The notes under the pieces are model-generated. The model was not told where the DNA came from and did not search any database. It was given only the letters and a program-made list of their open reading frames with translations. Shown here piece after piece: positions 1 to 15,750 of a stretch of DNA of 64,000 nt. Origin of the DNA: the human T2T-CHM13v2.0 reference genome, Homo sapiens. The DNA is taken from the NCBI RefSeq assembly GCF_009914755.1, contig NC_060928.1; one strand, given 5' to 3'. The position numbers and the translations under genes were made by a program. How positions within the stretch are numbered: position 1 is the stretch's first letter; each line of letters starts with the position of its first letter.

Positions 1-1339
<1,339 letters not shown>

Positions 1340-3619
1340 TATTGTGAAGATTGAGAAACCCTGACACAAGGACTAACACTACAAAGATCCTATTAATGTG
1401 CTATGCTTCATGTTGTAATAAGGAAGATGAAAGAACTAGGGCTAACAAATAACTTTTTCAATGGTCAATTTAACCCTATAATTTATTCTACATTTTGGCA
1501 CTCCAAGTCCATACGTATTCATTAAGCTGTCATTCTAGTCACATACTTTCATTCAAGAATCTTCTTATGCCATTCCAGTCCAATGCTGGCAGATACCTCT
1601 GAATAATTAATATTAAGTACCATTTTTAATAAAAGCCCTCAGGGTCATATGTCTACTTTGAACAAAAGTTCAAAGAGAAACTAAATAAAATACATTTTGT
1701 CAGTCACTAATCCTTCAATGTCTTCTATTTAAACCATCTAACTTTTACTCCCCAAATGAAGTTGATTCTTCACTGGCAATTTTCCTGTTCCTGTTATAGT
1801 TCTGACAGTTCTCTGAAACTTCAACTTTGATCATGAAAAGAGATGCTCCAAAATGTAAATCAGGTATCCTCACTATACTAAAAACTATACAGTGTCAAAA
1901 TAGAAATATCAGAAACCAAAGTTCTCTGATCAGACGCTTTCTATGAAATATGAAATAGCTAAACCAACTCTAAGCTGTGCCTCAAATTTATATGCTTCCA
2001 AGCTATTCAAATATAAAACAAGCACTAACAAATGCGCAACCTTGTCCATCGCAAGGCTAATAAATCAAAATCACCAAGGTAAGTTAACTGCATTTTCAGT
2101 GGGTGCAGATTTATCATCAGAGGCATGATAATCATGCAACCACTAGAAAAAGCAATGTGTTTTCCATGGCCTTGGTCATAATTCACCAACAACACTGACT
2201 TGTAACGTTTCACTATATCACTCTGGGCACACTCTAAAAAACGATTTCAGGACTTTGGGTCTTCTGAACACGCATGTGTTCATCTGGTGATTTTTTTGGC
2301 ACTACAATTTAGTATGAAAACTATAAACACCTGATACCTAAAGAATAAGGCAGTGGATAAGAAAACTGAAGAAAAGCAGGACTTAAATGTCTTTAAAGGT
2401 TTCCGAAAATGAAAAGCTGACTGGAAACCTCAGTTATTCCAAATACAGAAGCCTCCACATTTTCACCCTTTCAGCAATGACTATAGCCCTTACATCTGAC
2501 AATTTCTTTTAGTTGAATTCACTACAACAGGAATGTCATCAAGGTTGATATAAAGTCAGAGAAGGTTCACGCATTCTGTTCTGTAAGTAGTTTTATTTTG
2601 ATTTCCACAAGTGGAGAAAGGCTTGACTGCCACAAATGTTTCCAAGAAGGACAAAGTGGTTAAAAGATACTGATATCTTTCCAGGTTTTCAGAGATTAAT
2701 AGAAAGTATAGAAAATCACATAAGGAACACAAGATAAAGGAAATAAGTTGTTGCAAAGATGGACAAGATGTCAAGGTATACTTACCTAACTTGCACCTTT
2801 GCTCCCAAGTTTAGAATGTGAAAAAATTGAAATTGCATTTTTAAAATATTTAAATGGAGATTTTTTAAATCCTAGGACAAAAGGCCAAGTGTCCAGAGAT
2901 AAAATCTTGAAAAGTTTGACTATTTGAAGAATTGCATAAAGCCAAAAGCCTGAATTGGAATCCTGATTGCGATCCTTCCTGGATGTGTAAATTTGGGCTA
3001 GCTATATAATCACTCAGAGCCTCTGGTGTTTGTTCTTATTGTTGTTTGTTTTATTTTTATTTTTTGGTTGTTTTGGTTTTGGTTTTTAGTTGTGAAGTAG
3101 AGATCATAATGTATATCAAGAGCATGAAACATATGCAAGAAAGTTCATGCCATTAATTATTAACTCTCTCTTGAAGTAGGTTATGGGTCTTTGTGAGAAG
3201 ACAAAAAGCAGAGACAGAGAGTGAGCAAGAGCTCCACATTTATTGTGGACCATGAGTTCTGAAGACAGTCCAGAAAGTGACCATTGTCGAGCTTTTCTGA
3301 CTGCTGGGTGGGAAATGAATCCATTGGAAAACTCAAGGTTCTAATAATAGTAGTAGCTAATATGCTAGACACAACAATCTAATTGAGGTGGTTCTATCAT
3401 TATCTATTAGGATTCTTATTCTACTTCTGCATAAATCAAAGGTCAGATAAATTAAGGAGTTTTCTCAGGTTATAGGCATCAAATGGATGTGTAATAAAAC
3501 CAAAAGCAAGCTCAAGAGCTGGCAGCAATGGTCATAGAGTGGGTTCTGTCCATAAGGGGTCCTAGATGAAATGAAACATTAGAATCATTCTCATGAGAGA
3601 CTAAACTATCAAATATGCC

Positions 3620-5100
3620 TTTATTCTGTTTCAAACATACATATTAATGGGAGAGAATAAAAAATTCAGAATATTAAAAGATAATTTGAAATAAATAGGA
3701 AAGATTGAATTATAAAATAAATATAATTGGGACAATAACCCTCCATTTGGGAAAGAGGAAATCCTATCACACACCATAACACACAAAAAATAAACTACAG
3801 AGGAAGTAGCTTTTATTGTTATTGTTGTTGTCATTGTTAGAGACAGAGTCTTGCTCTGTTGCCCAGGCTCAAGTGCAGTGGCACAATCATGCTCACTGCA
3901 ACTTTGAACTGCTGGGTTCAAGAAATCCTTCCACTTCATCCTCCTGAGTAGCTATGACTCAGGCTACTCAGGCACGCACTATCACATCTGGCTAATTTTT
4001 TAAATTTTTGTAGAGATAAGTCTCTCTTTGTTGACCAGGCTGCTCTCAAACTCCTGGGTTCAAGCAATCCTCCTACCTGGGATTCCCAAAGTGCTGGCAT
4101 TATATGCATGAACCACCATACCTGTCCCCAAAATAAAATTTTATGTATAAAAATCCAATAGCGTATTTTAAAAATTAGAATATTTTTATCTTGAGGCTGT
4201 TCTTTCTAAGCATGACTAAAAAGCCAAAAATCATACAGGAAAATATTAAAAGTTTTGACATGTAAAATTATAACTTCTGTTCAAAAAATACACCATAAAC
4301 AAAGTCAAAAGATATAAAAATTTTGAGCAAAACATTTGCAGCATATCTTTAATAAAGTACAAATTGTTGATTTAAAAAGATGAAGATTGTTTTTAAAAAA
4401 TCAGAAGACATACAGACAATTCATAAAATAAATGAAAATGGACAGTAATTAAAAGATGATTGATCTCATTGATGAGCAAAAGATAACAATTAAAACAACA
4501 ATCTGATACTTTTCACCTATCTGTCAAAAATTATTATGATTATTAATGCCCAGTGCTGGGGAAGTTGGGACTCATTTCATTGACAATGAGGGAATACACA
4601 GGTAGAAGTTCTCTGGAAAGGAATCTAGCAATCTACAACAATATCAAAATATATGTGCCTTCAAACTAGTAATTTTACTGCTAGGGATGTTTCTAAGGAA
4701 CTAATCTAACAAGCATTCAATAAGTTGTGTAGAAAGGCATTTATGGAAAAATTAGTTAAAATGGTGACATCTTTCAAACAACATAAGTGTCCCTCAGTTT
4801 GTTGATCAAATTATGGTATTTCCATACTATGATATGTTATTCATTTGTTTAGAAAAGTAAAGTAGATTAATATTTAGAAAGCTGTTCTTGGCATAGTGTT
4901 GCTTGATTAAAGCAGGCTAGGGGATAATTATTTATAGCATAATACAATTTATGTAATCAAATACATATTTTTAAGTCTGGAAAGGTGTAACCAAAGAAAG
5001 AAAAGAAAATAGTTTGGAAAAATATTAACCAAGGTTAACATGGTTGTCTATGAATAGTTGAATCATAAATATTATTTTCTTCCTTTTGTTTCAATATTTC
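3620..5100 (+). mobile_element. Old L1M fragment (ORF2 3' part), interrupted by an AluJ
   Basis: Degenerate, A-rich L1 ORF2/3' motifs; boundaries approximate. Confidence 0.65.
3811..4127 (-). mobile_element. AluJ-like SINE
   Basis: agacagagtcttgctctgttgcccaggc...cccaaagtgctggcattat, with a decayed T-rich tail. Confidence 0.92.
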
Positions 5101-6004
5101 CTGATTTTTCTTTAATAAACATGTTTTGTCTTTGTAATAATTAAACTTCTTACAACCAAATAATTTATATTAAAATATTCATCTTTAATAGGCTCATAAA
5201 CATTAATTAAAGAAAACCAATCTGTTTTTACAGAGAAATACTGTTTTTCTCTTTTTGCAGCTGCACTAAAATAGACTAGTCTTCCTAGTATTATTTTTTT
5301 CACATTTAAGATAATTGATTCATTGCTTCTAAAATCTAAAATCAAGGGGTATAGCTAATACTTGCTCTAACCCTTATAATTTTAGCCTTTCCAAAGTAAA
5401 ATTGTAAATGTCTGCTGGTCAATTTGTTTTTAAACTAAAATGGGTGATGTAATATTAGTATCCAACACACACTGTTGATTGGCTGACTCATTTTCTAACA
5501 ATGTGTAGAAAAATGCCATGGTGCCTACCAACACACTAAAATACGATGACAGATTAATTATTTAGAGGGTGAATCATAGTTACAGAAAAAAATAAACAAC
5601 GGAAAATAAAGGATTCTGAAATTAATCACATCAAGGATTCTGTGTAAATGTGGAAGACAGGTTCTTCTATTCGTAGATGATAGTTGGCTACTTCTGGAAT
5701 TAATTTTTAAAGTCTCCGATCATGTTCTGAAAGCATTCAGTCTCAAAACAAGTATGTTATTTCAGTCTCCACACTCATTGAGTCTTTCTCCAGAAAAGCT
5801 GCCAAACCCAGCACCAGCTGGCCTCTTGGGAACAAGACTAAGCTAACAGCAGATACTTCTTTTTGAACTGTTAATAGATATTAAAAGGATAGAGTTGAAC
5901 TAATCTAAATCTATTAAGTTGGAAACAAAGGTTGCCTTCAAAGGCATTTGAATTCTATGGTCAAAATTTAAAACATTTCCATTTTCTTCCCTATAAGTGC
6001 TTAT

Positions 6005-6203
6005 CTTTTTTTTATTTTTTTATTTTTTTAATTTATATTTTTATTTTTTTGAGACAAAGTCTCACTCTGTCACCAGGCCATAGTGCAGTTGCAGTGTGGT
6101 CTTGGCTCATTGCAACCTCCGCCTCCCGGGTTCAAGCGATTCTCCTGCCTCAGCCTCCCAAGAAGCTGGGACTACAGGCGGGCATCACCACGCCCAGCTA
6201 ATT
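6005..6203 (-). mobile_element. Alu right arm (AluS-like)
   Basis: T-rich tail, then gagacaaagtctcactctgt...cacgcccagctaatt. Confidence 0.92.
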
Positions 6204-6359
6204 GGGCTTACCTCTTTTAAGTGCTCTGGTTTTTCTTAAATATTGGTTGTAAATAAGTGCCTATCAATTCTACTGCTCTCTTTTGCCTGGCTCTTTCCTG
6301 TGTTGTCAAAGTGGTCCTTGGAAGCATTAGTGAAAACTGAATAAAACTAGGCATAGCAG

Positions 6360-6511
6360 GGCGTGGTGGCGGGCGCGTGTAGTCCCAGCTACTCGGAGAG
6401 GCTGAGGCAGGAGAATGGCGTGAACCCGGGAGACGGAGCTTGCAGTGAGCCAAGATCGTGCCACTGCACTCCAGCCTGGGTGACAGAGCGAGACTCCGTC
6501 TCAAAAAAAAA
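6360..6511 (+). mobile_element. 5'-truncated AluY with 17-bp target-site duplication
   Basis: AluY-type gagaatggcgtgaacccggg and cggagcttgcagtgagc. Perfect TSD aaaactaggcatagcag at 6343-6359 and 6512-6528. Confidence 0.95.
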
Positions 6512-7074
6512 AAAACTAGGCATAGCAGCATGTTACACAAGCCGCGTTTTCTTACCTCCCTTCCTGGACCCCATCCACAATATCAATGAAATTTACAGAG
6601 ATTCAAGTTAATAGGGAGAAAAAAGTAAAAGGACATGATTGCTAGATTGCTAATGAGAGTATAAATTGGTCCAACTGCTCTGCAGGGCAATATAAAGCAA
6701 CGCTTTTTAAAATCTTCATGCCCTTATACCCAGTAATTCCACATAACTATTTATAGACAAATAAGTCCAGCACAGCATTATTTGATTCACAATAGATTCA
6801 TTCACTTGCCAGATTTTTTTTCTAACTTTAATCAGCTAGTACTCTAATACAGAATACACTCACACATCCAGAAACAACGTTAGAGCCGCAGTAGACATGA
6901 GCAATCTTTGTGCCCAGTTATTTCCAGTGATTTTCAAACAGGTTCCTAAGGATTACTTTTAAATTTTGGAGAGTATTTGATGGTCCTAGTGGGTGGGCCA
7001 GGGATGCCACATGCCTGCAATGCCTGAATTATTTCCATATAACAAAGAATTCCCCTGCCGAAAGTACCAGCAGT

Positions 7075-7498
7075 AGAACTGGTGCTTTACCCAGGTCCTC
7101 TCTTCAAGGCTGCCCATTCCCAGTTTCAGGGAATATTGCTCATTTCTGAATCATAGCTGTGTCTTTCATCAGGCATTGCTGCAGAGACCTGCCTTGCCCA
7201 CGGTTATTATTCCCCCTCCCAGGTGGTACCCATGGGTGATGTCTGCTGATACAGGAAACAATGGCTGACTCCTTTGCTTCAACTTGGGACAATTCCACAG
7301 GGCCTTCCTATTCCTATAGCTCCTTGTATGATTGACTGAGTGCCTCAATTGGTATCCTATTGCAGGTTAGCTTCCCCCTCTGCCCAATCCTGCCTTCTCA
7401 ACTTCATTATAAAAGTATCTCTTATGAACACACACCAGTAAAACTTCTGCATTCAACTCTCCCTCTCAGTTTGTTTCCATGGAACCCAATTTATGACA
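7075..7498 (+). mobile_element. ERVL solo LTR (LTR33/LTR16-like)
   Basis: cttccccctctgcccaatcctgcc and ...ggaacccaatttatgaca resemble LTR33-family LTRs as I recall them. Confidence 0.6.
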
Positions 7499-10400
7499 AT
7501 CTTCACTGAGATACACTGCTTTAGTCCATCCCCTTACATTCTAGATGTGTCAAGAAGGCGCTAGAGAGAGTAAAGATCATGTCTAAAGTACAGAGGTAGC
7601 TAGTTAAGCACTCTTTGCACATACTACACATTAGAAACTGCGAGAAGTTTAATAGGGAAAGAACCAAGAAGGAAAGAAAAAAATGTTAAAATATGTATTG
7701 TAGGAAAGTATACTACCTAAGGAGAAGAAGAATGAGAATGACAAAAAGCATTAAGACATGACTGTATGGAGAAATGTTAAATAATGATAAAACTTGAGAA
7801 GCAATAGTACTAGTTCACTACAATAAGATAAATCAAAAGAAGACTGCCCAAATATCTCAGTTTGGGGAAGACTGTTTACTGGATTCTTTAACTACTATCA
7901 GTCTGCCTAAACTATTCATAATTAGTGTTCATCATGGTGATGAAGCCAAAAGATAATAGATATTTTCTTCTTAAAAGCAAACAGCTGGTAGGACATAGAG
8001 ACCATCCACTCAAATGAGAGTGAATAAGCTCGAAAGTAAAATAAATCCCTTTCATCTACAACCATTATTCCTCTGTCCTCAGAAAAGGTAGCTAATTCTA
8101 AACACTCATTGTCCACTAAAGTCTTTCTTATCCTCAGTGTTCTCTTCCTAGTCATTTGTCAATCTTGGAAGACATGTCTCTTCTATGGCCCATTACTCCA
8201 CTCTTATTTTAACACAGTTCTTCAATACAGTATGATGATATTTTTACCCTGCAACTTTTATACTTACAATACCTCTGTTCTGTATCAAGTGCAGAAATTT
8301 CCTCTATTTTCAAGAATAGTGTAGAAAGAACTGCAATACTGCTGAGAGTTCCAATTGTGACCTAACAAGCACCTCTCCAAAAAAGAAAAGAAAAATGCAG
8401 GTTTTGAAAATTTTTTTAATGTAACCTCACACTTAGAATGCAGAACTAGTTTGTAAAATTAGTAAGACTTTTTATTTTTACATAAAAAGAAAACTGACTT
8501 TACCACACTGGCTTTCTTAATTTTCTCAGAATCAAAACTAGTATTTTTAAAAACAGGAAATAAAGTACACTAAATGAATGGAATTATTACCAAAGCCAGT
8601 ATAGCCAAGATAATCTCCCCCAAAACCTCATTTGAAAAGAATTTGATAACTTAATGTAAAAATTCAAAGAAATCCTTGGAGTTTAACTAAGCATCTCAAA
8701 ACATTGTATCAAATACCTAACATTTATTTTTAAGTAATTTGAATAGTACTTTTACCTTGTACATGTCCAAAAACAATCCTGAAAAAAATATTATTCTAAC
8801 TTACAATTCAAATGTCCTGCCTTTCAAAGTCTAAGAGATGACATGGATAAAATACTAGGTTCTTGTTTATTCATTCATGATATGAAAAGAATCTTGTCCA
8901 ACAGCTTCAGGGAAAAGTACTAAGTAGAATTTACGTTAATAATTTTCTCATTGATTGTTATCTACGTGAACTACAGTAGGAGGGAGTCAAACTTTAGGAT
9001 TTAACTCTTTAAAAGTTGAATAATGACAGGAGTTATCATTGCCAGATTCCACTCAGTTATGTAAACTCTATGATTTTACATCAAAGAGCACCATAGTACT
9101 ATTTTAGTCATCCTCTGATTCATTGGCCTCGCTTTTTTCATATTACATAGAACAATCATATGTTTAATTAAATTTAGAAAAAGTAATAAGCATTCCACAT
9201 TTTGGGGTGGCAATATGGACCTCCTCCTGTGTTAAACATGTCCCAGTTTATGGCTAAGTTGACAATTCAAAGGCTAAACTAGAAAAGTCAGGACAGCTTG
9301 ACTTTGTTGGGTTCCCAATTGTACAGCTTGCAATCCTTCTATTTCACTGAGGTAGCGGGGCACCATAACAGGAACAGATTGTTCCATCAGCAGAACAAAA
9401 ATTGAACCAGCAGCAGTCTTCTCTAAAACTGAGACTGTTTTCCAAATGTGCATGCTCTAGTTAGGGCTAAGGTTATTTATTCAAATGCTAATAGCAGTTA
9501 ATGTAGTCATTAGCTTTCTAAGTGGAATTTAAAGACTATTTCTTTTCTCTCTTGCCTAGAAGATCTGGTCATATGCCTAGATATTTTCCTGGCTATTAGA
9601 TTCTGAACCAAATACCCCTTTTGTATGAAATTGTGATTGATCCCTCTGTTTAATTTGGCATCATTCCACAAACATTCACACATTTAGAAAATAGTATTGC
9701 CTCAGTTTCTTTATAATTATGATTTAGTTCTGCTCTCCTAGGTCACTTTTAAGATCAAGGTAGCAAAAGACTAGAAACCCTTGGATAGTAGAAATAACTT
9801 TCTGGTAGATAGTCTTTATTAAATCTGTTCAATTTACATCCCTGGCTTTCCATTGTCTTTGTGATGAAATCAAAACTACTTAATTTGGCTTACAAGTCCT
9901 GTACCATCTGCCTTCTGTTTACTCTTTCAAGGCCCCATTTCCCCCCTTGAACTCTAGCCTCAGCTTCAGTAAAACTCCTCCCCATTCTGCAAGGTACCAA
10001 ACTCTTTGTTGTACTGGAGCCTGCACACATCCCTCTCTCTGCCTGAACACTCTTGCTGGAAGTAGTATGATCCCTTTTGCCTGCCTACCTATTTCTCATT
10101 CTCATCTCATCTCTATCTCTCTCTCTCTGATTCTAATACACATACACACAGTATTCGTTAATGTCTGATAGAATTAGAGTTGCCATCAAAAGACATCTGT
10201 CTCAAAACATTTCTCTTACTAGGGCATTCTTGTGAAGATGCAAATATAAATTTTAAGAGAATTGGACACAGAATTATCTGCATGTAATGAACCTGGTGAA
10301 GGTAACAATACATTTTGTTTTGTGAATATGGCAGGCAGACAAAAGAGCCTCAGGGTGAGAAATGTCCAAGGAGAGTAGTAGGCATAGATGTAAACCTAGA

Positions 10401-10893
10401 AAGGGTGCCCACTTACAGGCCATGACCATCTCTATATCAGTGCCACCAAACAAGGAACCAGCAAGTTTCTTGTGTGAACTCTTTGTTTCAGGACAGTGGG
10501 AAGATAGAAGCTTACACTGGGAATCAACACTGCTTTCTTCATTGAGAAAGTCTTGCTACAAAAGGAATTAATAAATAATTAGCTGAATTTAAACATGGTG
10601 TTTAGTGACTTTTAGTGGCACTGCTCTATAGCACAATCTGAAGGCGCTAGAAAAAGAACTAAATAATAGGACCTTAAAAGCAAAAACAAGCTCACTAAAT
10701 AAAAATTTTGTATCCGTCATTTCTATTTATATCGATAAATTATATCCATAACTCTATTCATTGTTTTCTCTTACCTCTGGCATACTAGATAGACCTACCT
10801 ATGCTACTAACTGGGTAAATAAGGGAAAGCCTCTTAATTCAGGAAACAGGTAGGATATTAACATCACTTTACAATAAAGGGGTTGCACTGAAT

Positions 10894-11131
10894 CAGTGGT
10901 TGAACTGAGGGTGATTTTGCCCCCCAGGAAGCATTTGGCAACATCTGGTGATCTTTTTCATTGTCACAACTACAAATAAATAAAAATATGCTATCAGCAT
11001 CTAGTGAGTAGATACTAGGGATACTATTAAACATTCTGCAATGCACAGGACTGTCTCCTCCTGCCCCCACTACTTCCCAACAAAGAATTATCCATTTCAA
11101 ATTATCATAGTGCTGAGGTTGAAAGATCCTT
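10894..11131. mobile_element. MER20 (hAT-Charlie MITE)
   Basis: cagtggtt...gattttgcccccagg...catttggcaacatctgg...caacaaagaattatcc...gtgctgaggttga. Confidence 0.88.
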
Positions 11132-12208
11132 CATTAAATAACCTCTGAAGTCCCTTCCATCTTTAATATTCTCTGGTGCTTTATTCTGATGTTCACCAGA
11201 ATTGTATTTATTTTAGTGATCTAATGAAAAGTGGTCAAAATGACTTCTTTAATGTGAATTTCTGCAGTGAAATATATGTAGGCTATGAAGAAAACAGGGT
11301 AATAAAATTTCAGTATAAATTCAAAAGTTGAAATGGTTACAATGCTCAGCAAACTTCCTTAGTGTAGGTGATGTAGTCTAATGGAATAAAAAAATTAACA
11401 AGAGGGAAAATGCCAGAAATTTCTGCCTAAAATAACTTCTTTTTCTCTATCAGCTATTTGTTTAATCCAGTTGTATAAAAAGCAGAAAAATATTCAAGAA
11501 ACCTAGATTCAGTCAGCATCTCTGTCCTGCTTCATTGCAGAGCCTTAAGCAGGATTCTTCATATATTCTTGGCTTTAGTTTTTTATTTGTTTTCACTGGA
11601 AAACAGAGATATTACTTGAAGGGTACAACCAAGAATGTTTGACACAAAAATAAGATGGTTTATTGCATTCGTTGAGGCCTCTGGTTAAAATTTATACCGT
11701 TTTTAAAAAACACTATCATTAATTCTGTTTTACAATGTCACTCTATATGAGTACTTTACAAATTCTTAAATCCAAACAGAATGACTATTCCTTTTACATA
11801 CATTTTATATTATATGACTACATTTCTTTACTAAAACACTCATTCAAAAGCAAATATATCCTCTTGCATATAAAAATTATATCTTGAAGATTTCTAATTC
11901 TCATTTGCTTAATGATATCATTGTGCCTGTAAAATTCACCAGAAGTTAAATTTGGGGCCCCTGTGCTTTGGTGAAAGAAAAGACCAAAGATTCTCACAGA
12001 CAATGTCAGTCATACCCTGGAATTATACCCTTCTAGTCTATCTGTTTCAGCTTTCTCAGCTGGCACGTGCGTACTTGAAAAGAACAAAAAAAAACCTTCT
12101 CATATTCCCAGGATGGTCTTTTGTCTTCGTTACTCTTGTGCAGAGAGAAGTGATCTTGTCTCTGCATCTTCTATTATAGTTTTGTCAAGTGGTTCCAAAA
12201 GTACCTAC

Positions 12209-12305
12209 CTCCCAAATTCTTGGATATTGCTCTTAAGTATTCTTCAAAGTCATTAGACCTTTTATGTTCATAGCCATAAACAGATGGTATTATAATCCAT
12301 GTAGC
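12209..12305 (-). other. Candidate internal exon (97 nt) of the minus-strand transcript
   Basis: Minus-strand TAG|G acceptor with a weak pyrimidine tract and GAG|GTAGGT donor. One open frame (ATWIIIPSVYGYEHKRSNDFEEYLRAISKNLG), which I do not recognise. Confidence 0.3.
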
Positions 12306-12625
12306 CTATATAAATATTAATGACTACATGCTAAGCATCAGATGCAAAATGGGCAATCAGGATTTTTATTTAAATTTAAAGACTCAGAACAGAAATGTTA
12401 AGACAGAAACTGCAGACTAAAAACAACAAAAACAGCAACAACTGCAGACTCAAAAAGTAATATGGATAACTAGAATGGTAACATAAATTTCCAAGTATAT
12501 AAGAATGAATAATGAAATGAAAATAATACTGGAAGAGTTAAAACACAAGTAACTGTTTTGACCAATTAGTAGAATGTAGTATTTAAGAGCAAATTCCCTG
12601 AAATTCCAGCCCTACTTGTGAGACA

Positions 12626-14988
12626 CCGGCATACCTCTAAGATATTGTGGGTTCGGTTCCAGGCTACCACAATAAAGCAAATATTGCAATAAAATGAGTC
12701 ACTCGAACCTTTTGGTTTCTCATAAGTTATGTTTACACTATACTATAGTCTATTAATTTTTAAAGACAATAACATTATGTCTTTAAAATGTACATATCTT
12801 AATTTTAAAATACTTTATTGCTAAAGGATGCTAACAATCATCTCAGCCTTCAGTAAGTTTTAATTGTTTTGTTGGTGGAGGATCTAACCTCAATGTTGAT
12901 GGCAGCAGACTAATCTGGGTAGTGGTTGTTGAAGTGGTTGTTGGGGTGGCTGTGGCAATTTCTTAAAATAAGACAACAAAGTTTGCCCTATCAATGGACT
13001 CTTCCTTTCACGAGAGATTTCTCTGTAGCATGTGATACTGTTTAGTAGTATTTTACCCACAGTAGAATTTCTTTCACAATTGGAGTCTATCCTCTAAAAC
13101 TTCCAGTGCTTTATCAAATAAATTTAGGCAATATTCTAAATCCTTTATTGTCACTTCAACAATGTTCACAGCATCTTCACCAGGAATAGATTCCATCTCA
13201 AGAAACCATCTTCTTTGCTCATCCAAAATAAGCAACACCTTGTCCATTCAAGTTTTATCCTAAGATTGCAGCAATTCAGTGATATCTTCAAGCTCCACTT
13301 CTAATTCTAGTTCTCTTACTATTTTCACTCCATCTGCAGTGAGTTTTTCCACTAAAATCTTGAACCCCCTTCAAGTTATCCATCAGTGTTAAAATAAACT
13401 TTGTCCAAATTCCTGTAACTATTGATATTTTGATCTCCTCCCATGAATCATGAGTGTTCTTAATGGCATATAGATGATGAATCATCTCCAGAAGGTTTTC
13501 AATTTACTTTTCCCAGACTCAAATTACTATCTATGGCAGCTATAGCCTTACAAAATGTATTTCTTAAATGACAGAACTTGAAAGCCAAATGACTCTTTGA
13601 TCCAAGGGCTGTAGAATGGATGTTGTGTTAGCAGGCATGAAAACAACATGATTCTCCTTGTACATCTCCATTAGAGCTCTGGGTGATGAGGTGCATTGTC
13701 AATGAACAGTAATATTTTGAAGGCAATCTTTTTTTCTGAGCAGTGGATCTTAACAGTAGGCTTATTCAGTAAACCATGCTATAAACAGATGTGCTGTCAT
13801 CCAGGCTTTGTTGTTCCATTTACAGAGCACAGGCAGAGTAGATTTTCCATTATTCTTAAGGGCCCTAGAATTTTAAGAATGGTAAATGAGCACTGGCTTC
13901 AATTTGAAGTCACCAGCTGCATTAGCCCCTAACAGGAATCAGTGTGTCCTTTGAAGCCAGGAATTGACTACTTCTCTCTAGCTAGGAAAATCCTAGATAG
14001 CATCTTCTATTAGAAAGCTGTTTCATCTACACTAAAAATCTGATTTAGTGTGGCCACCTTCAACAGTGATCTTAGCTAGATCTTCTGGATAACTTGGCTG
14101 CAGCTTTTCCATGAGCACTTGTTGCTTCACCTTATATTTTTGTGTTATAAAGATGTCTCCTTTCCTTAAACCTCGTGAACCAACATCTGCTAGCTTCCAA
14201 CTTTTTTCCTTCAGCTTTATCACCTCTCTTAGCCCTTATAGAATTGAAGAGAGTTAGGACCTTGCTCTAGATAGGACTTGGGGCCTAAGAGAATGCTGTG
14301 GCTGGTTTGGTCTTCTATCCAGACCACTCAAACTTTCAACATATAAGCAATAAGGCTCTTTTGCTTTCTTATCATTTATGTGTTCACTGCAGTAACATTT
14401 TTAATTTCCTTCAAGAACTTTTCCTTTGCATTCACAATTTGACTATTTGGTGCAAAAAACCTAGCTTTTGGCCTATCTCAGCTTTCCACATGCCTTCCTC
14501 ACTAAGCTTAATCATTTATAGCTCTTGATTTTAACAGGCTTGTAACTCTTCCTTTCACTTGAACATTCAGAGGCCATTATAAGGTTATTAATTGATCTAA
14601 TTTCAATATTGTTGTGTCACAGCAAATACAGAGGCCCAAGCAGAGGGAGAGAGACAGGGAACAGCTGGTCAGTGGAGCAGTCAGAACACACACAACATTT
14701 ATTAAGTTTGCTGTATTAAAAGGATGCAGTTAATGGCACCTCAAAACAATTACAATAGTAACATCAGAGATCACTGATCACAGATCCCCATAACAGATAT
14801 AATAATAAAAAGTTTGAAATATTGTGAAAATTACCAAAATGTGACACAGAGACACAAAATGAGCACCCACTGACGGAAAAATCGTGTCAATAGACTTTCT
14901 CAATGCAGGGTTGCCACAGACCTTCAATTTATAAAAAACGCAGTATCTGCAAAGTGTAATCAAGCAAAGCGCAATTGAAGTATGCCTG
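12626..14988 (-). mobile_element. Tigger1 (pogo/TcMar) DNA transposon, full length, inactive; copy A
   Basis: TIRs c(c)ggcatacctc ... gaagtatgcctg followed by TA; ~2.36 kb; minus-strand transposase remnants (SYPEDLAKI). Confidence 0.95.
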
Positions 14989-15184
14989 TATGTGAGTAAA
15001 CTTCGTTTCTGTATATTTTTATTTCCTTCCCTGTAAAACAGGGTTTTCAAAATACTTGCCTTATATACTGTAACAAATGAGTCCATATAATGTACGTATG
15101 CAGTGCCTGACACAGAACATCCAAATAATATACTTTGACTGTTATCCAGAAAAATGATCTATTAATAGAAATTAGAGTCTAGAC

Positions 15185-15750
15185 CAGGGGTTGGCAAAAT
15201 ATAGCCAGGCCCACAAGCCAAATGCAGCGGGCCACTGCTTTTGTAAGTAGTTGTCTTGGAAACCAGCCACGCCTCATTCATTTACATATTGCCTATGGCT
15301 GCTTTCACCCTATGATATGGTCTAGCTCTGTGTCTCCATCCAAATCTCATCTTGAGTTGCAATCAGAATTGTAATCCTCACGTGTTGGAGGATGGACCTT
15401 GTGGCAGGTGACTGGATCACAGAGGCAGTTCCCCTGTGCTGTCCTCATGATAGTGAGTTCTCACAAGATCTGATAGTTTTATAAGGGGTTCTTCCCCCTT
15501 CACTCTGCACTTCTCTCTCCTGCCACCTTGTGAAGAAGGTGCCTGCTTCCCTTTCCACTATGATTGTAAGTTTCCTGAGCCCTCCCCCGCCACGAGGAAC
15601 TGTGAATCAATTAAACCTCTTTCCTTTATAAATTACCCAGTCTCAGGCAGTTCTTTATAGCAGTATGAGAATGGACTAATACACCCTACAACAACAAAGT
15701 TAAGTCCTTGTGACATAAACCATATGGACGGCAAAGTCTAAAATACTTGC
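15185..15750. mobile_element. MER58A-like MITE split by a MaLR LTR
   Basis: caggggttggcaaa...catttacatattgcctatggctgctttcac; resumes after 15688. Confidence 0.8.
15313..15683 (+). mobile_element. MaLR solo LTR (THE1D/MSTA-like)
   Basis: tgatatgg...ggactaataca termini; 5-bp TSD cccta at 15308-15312 and 15684-15688. Confidence 0.92.

Noticed and set aside
7922-8155. 77-aa minus-strand ORF in non-repeat DNA
   Set aside because: No recognisable homology or convincing splice context; the length is within chance expectation.
12209-12305. Resemblance of SNDFEEYLRAI to the FABP N-terminal motif
   Set aside because: Too short, spacing from the conserved Trp is wrong, and no other FABP exons are visible.
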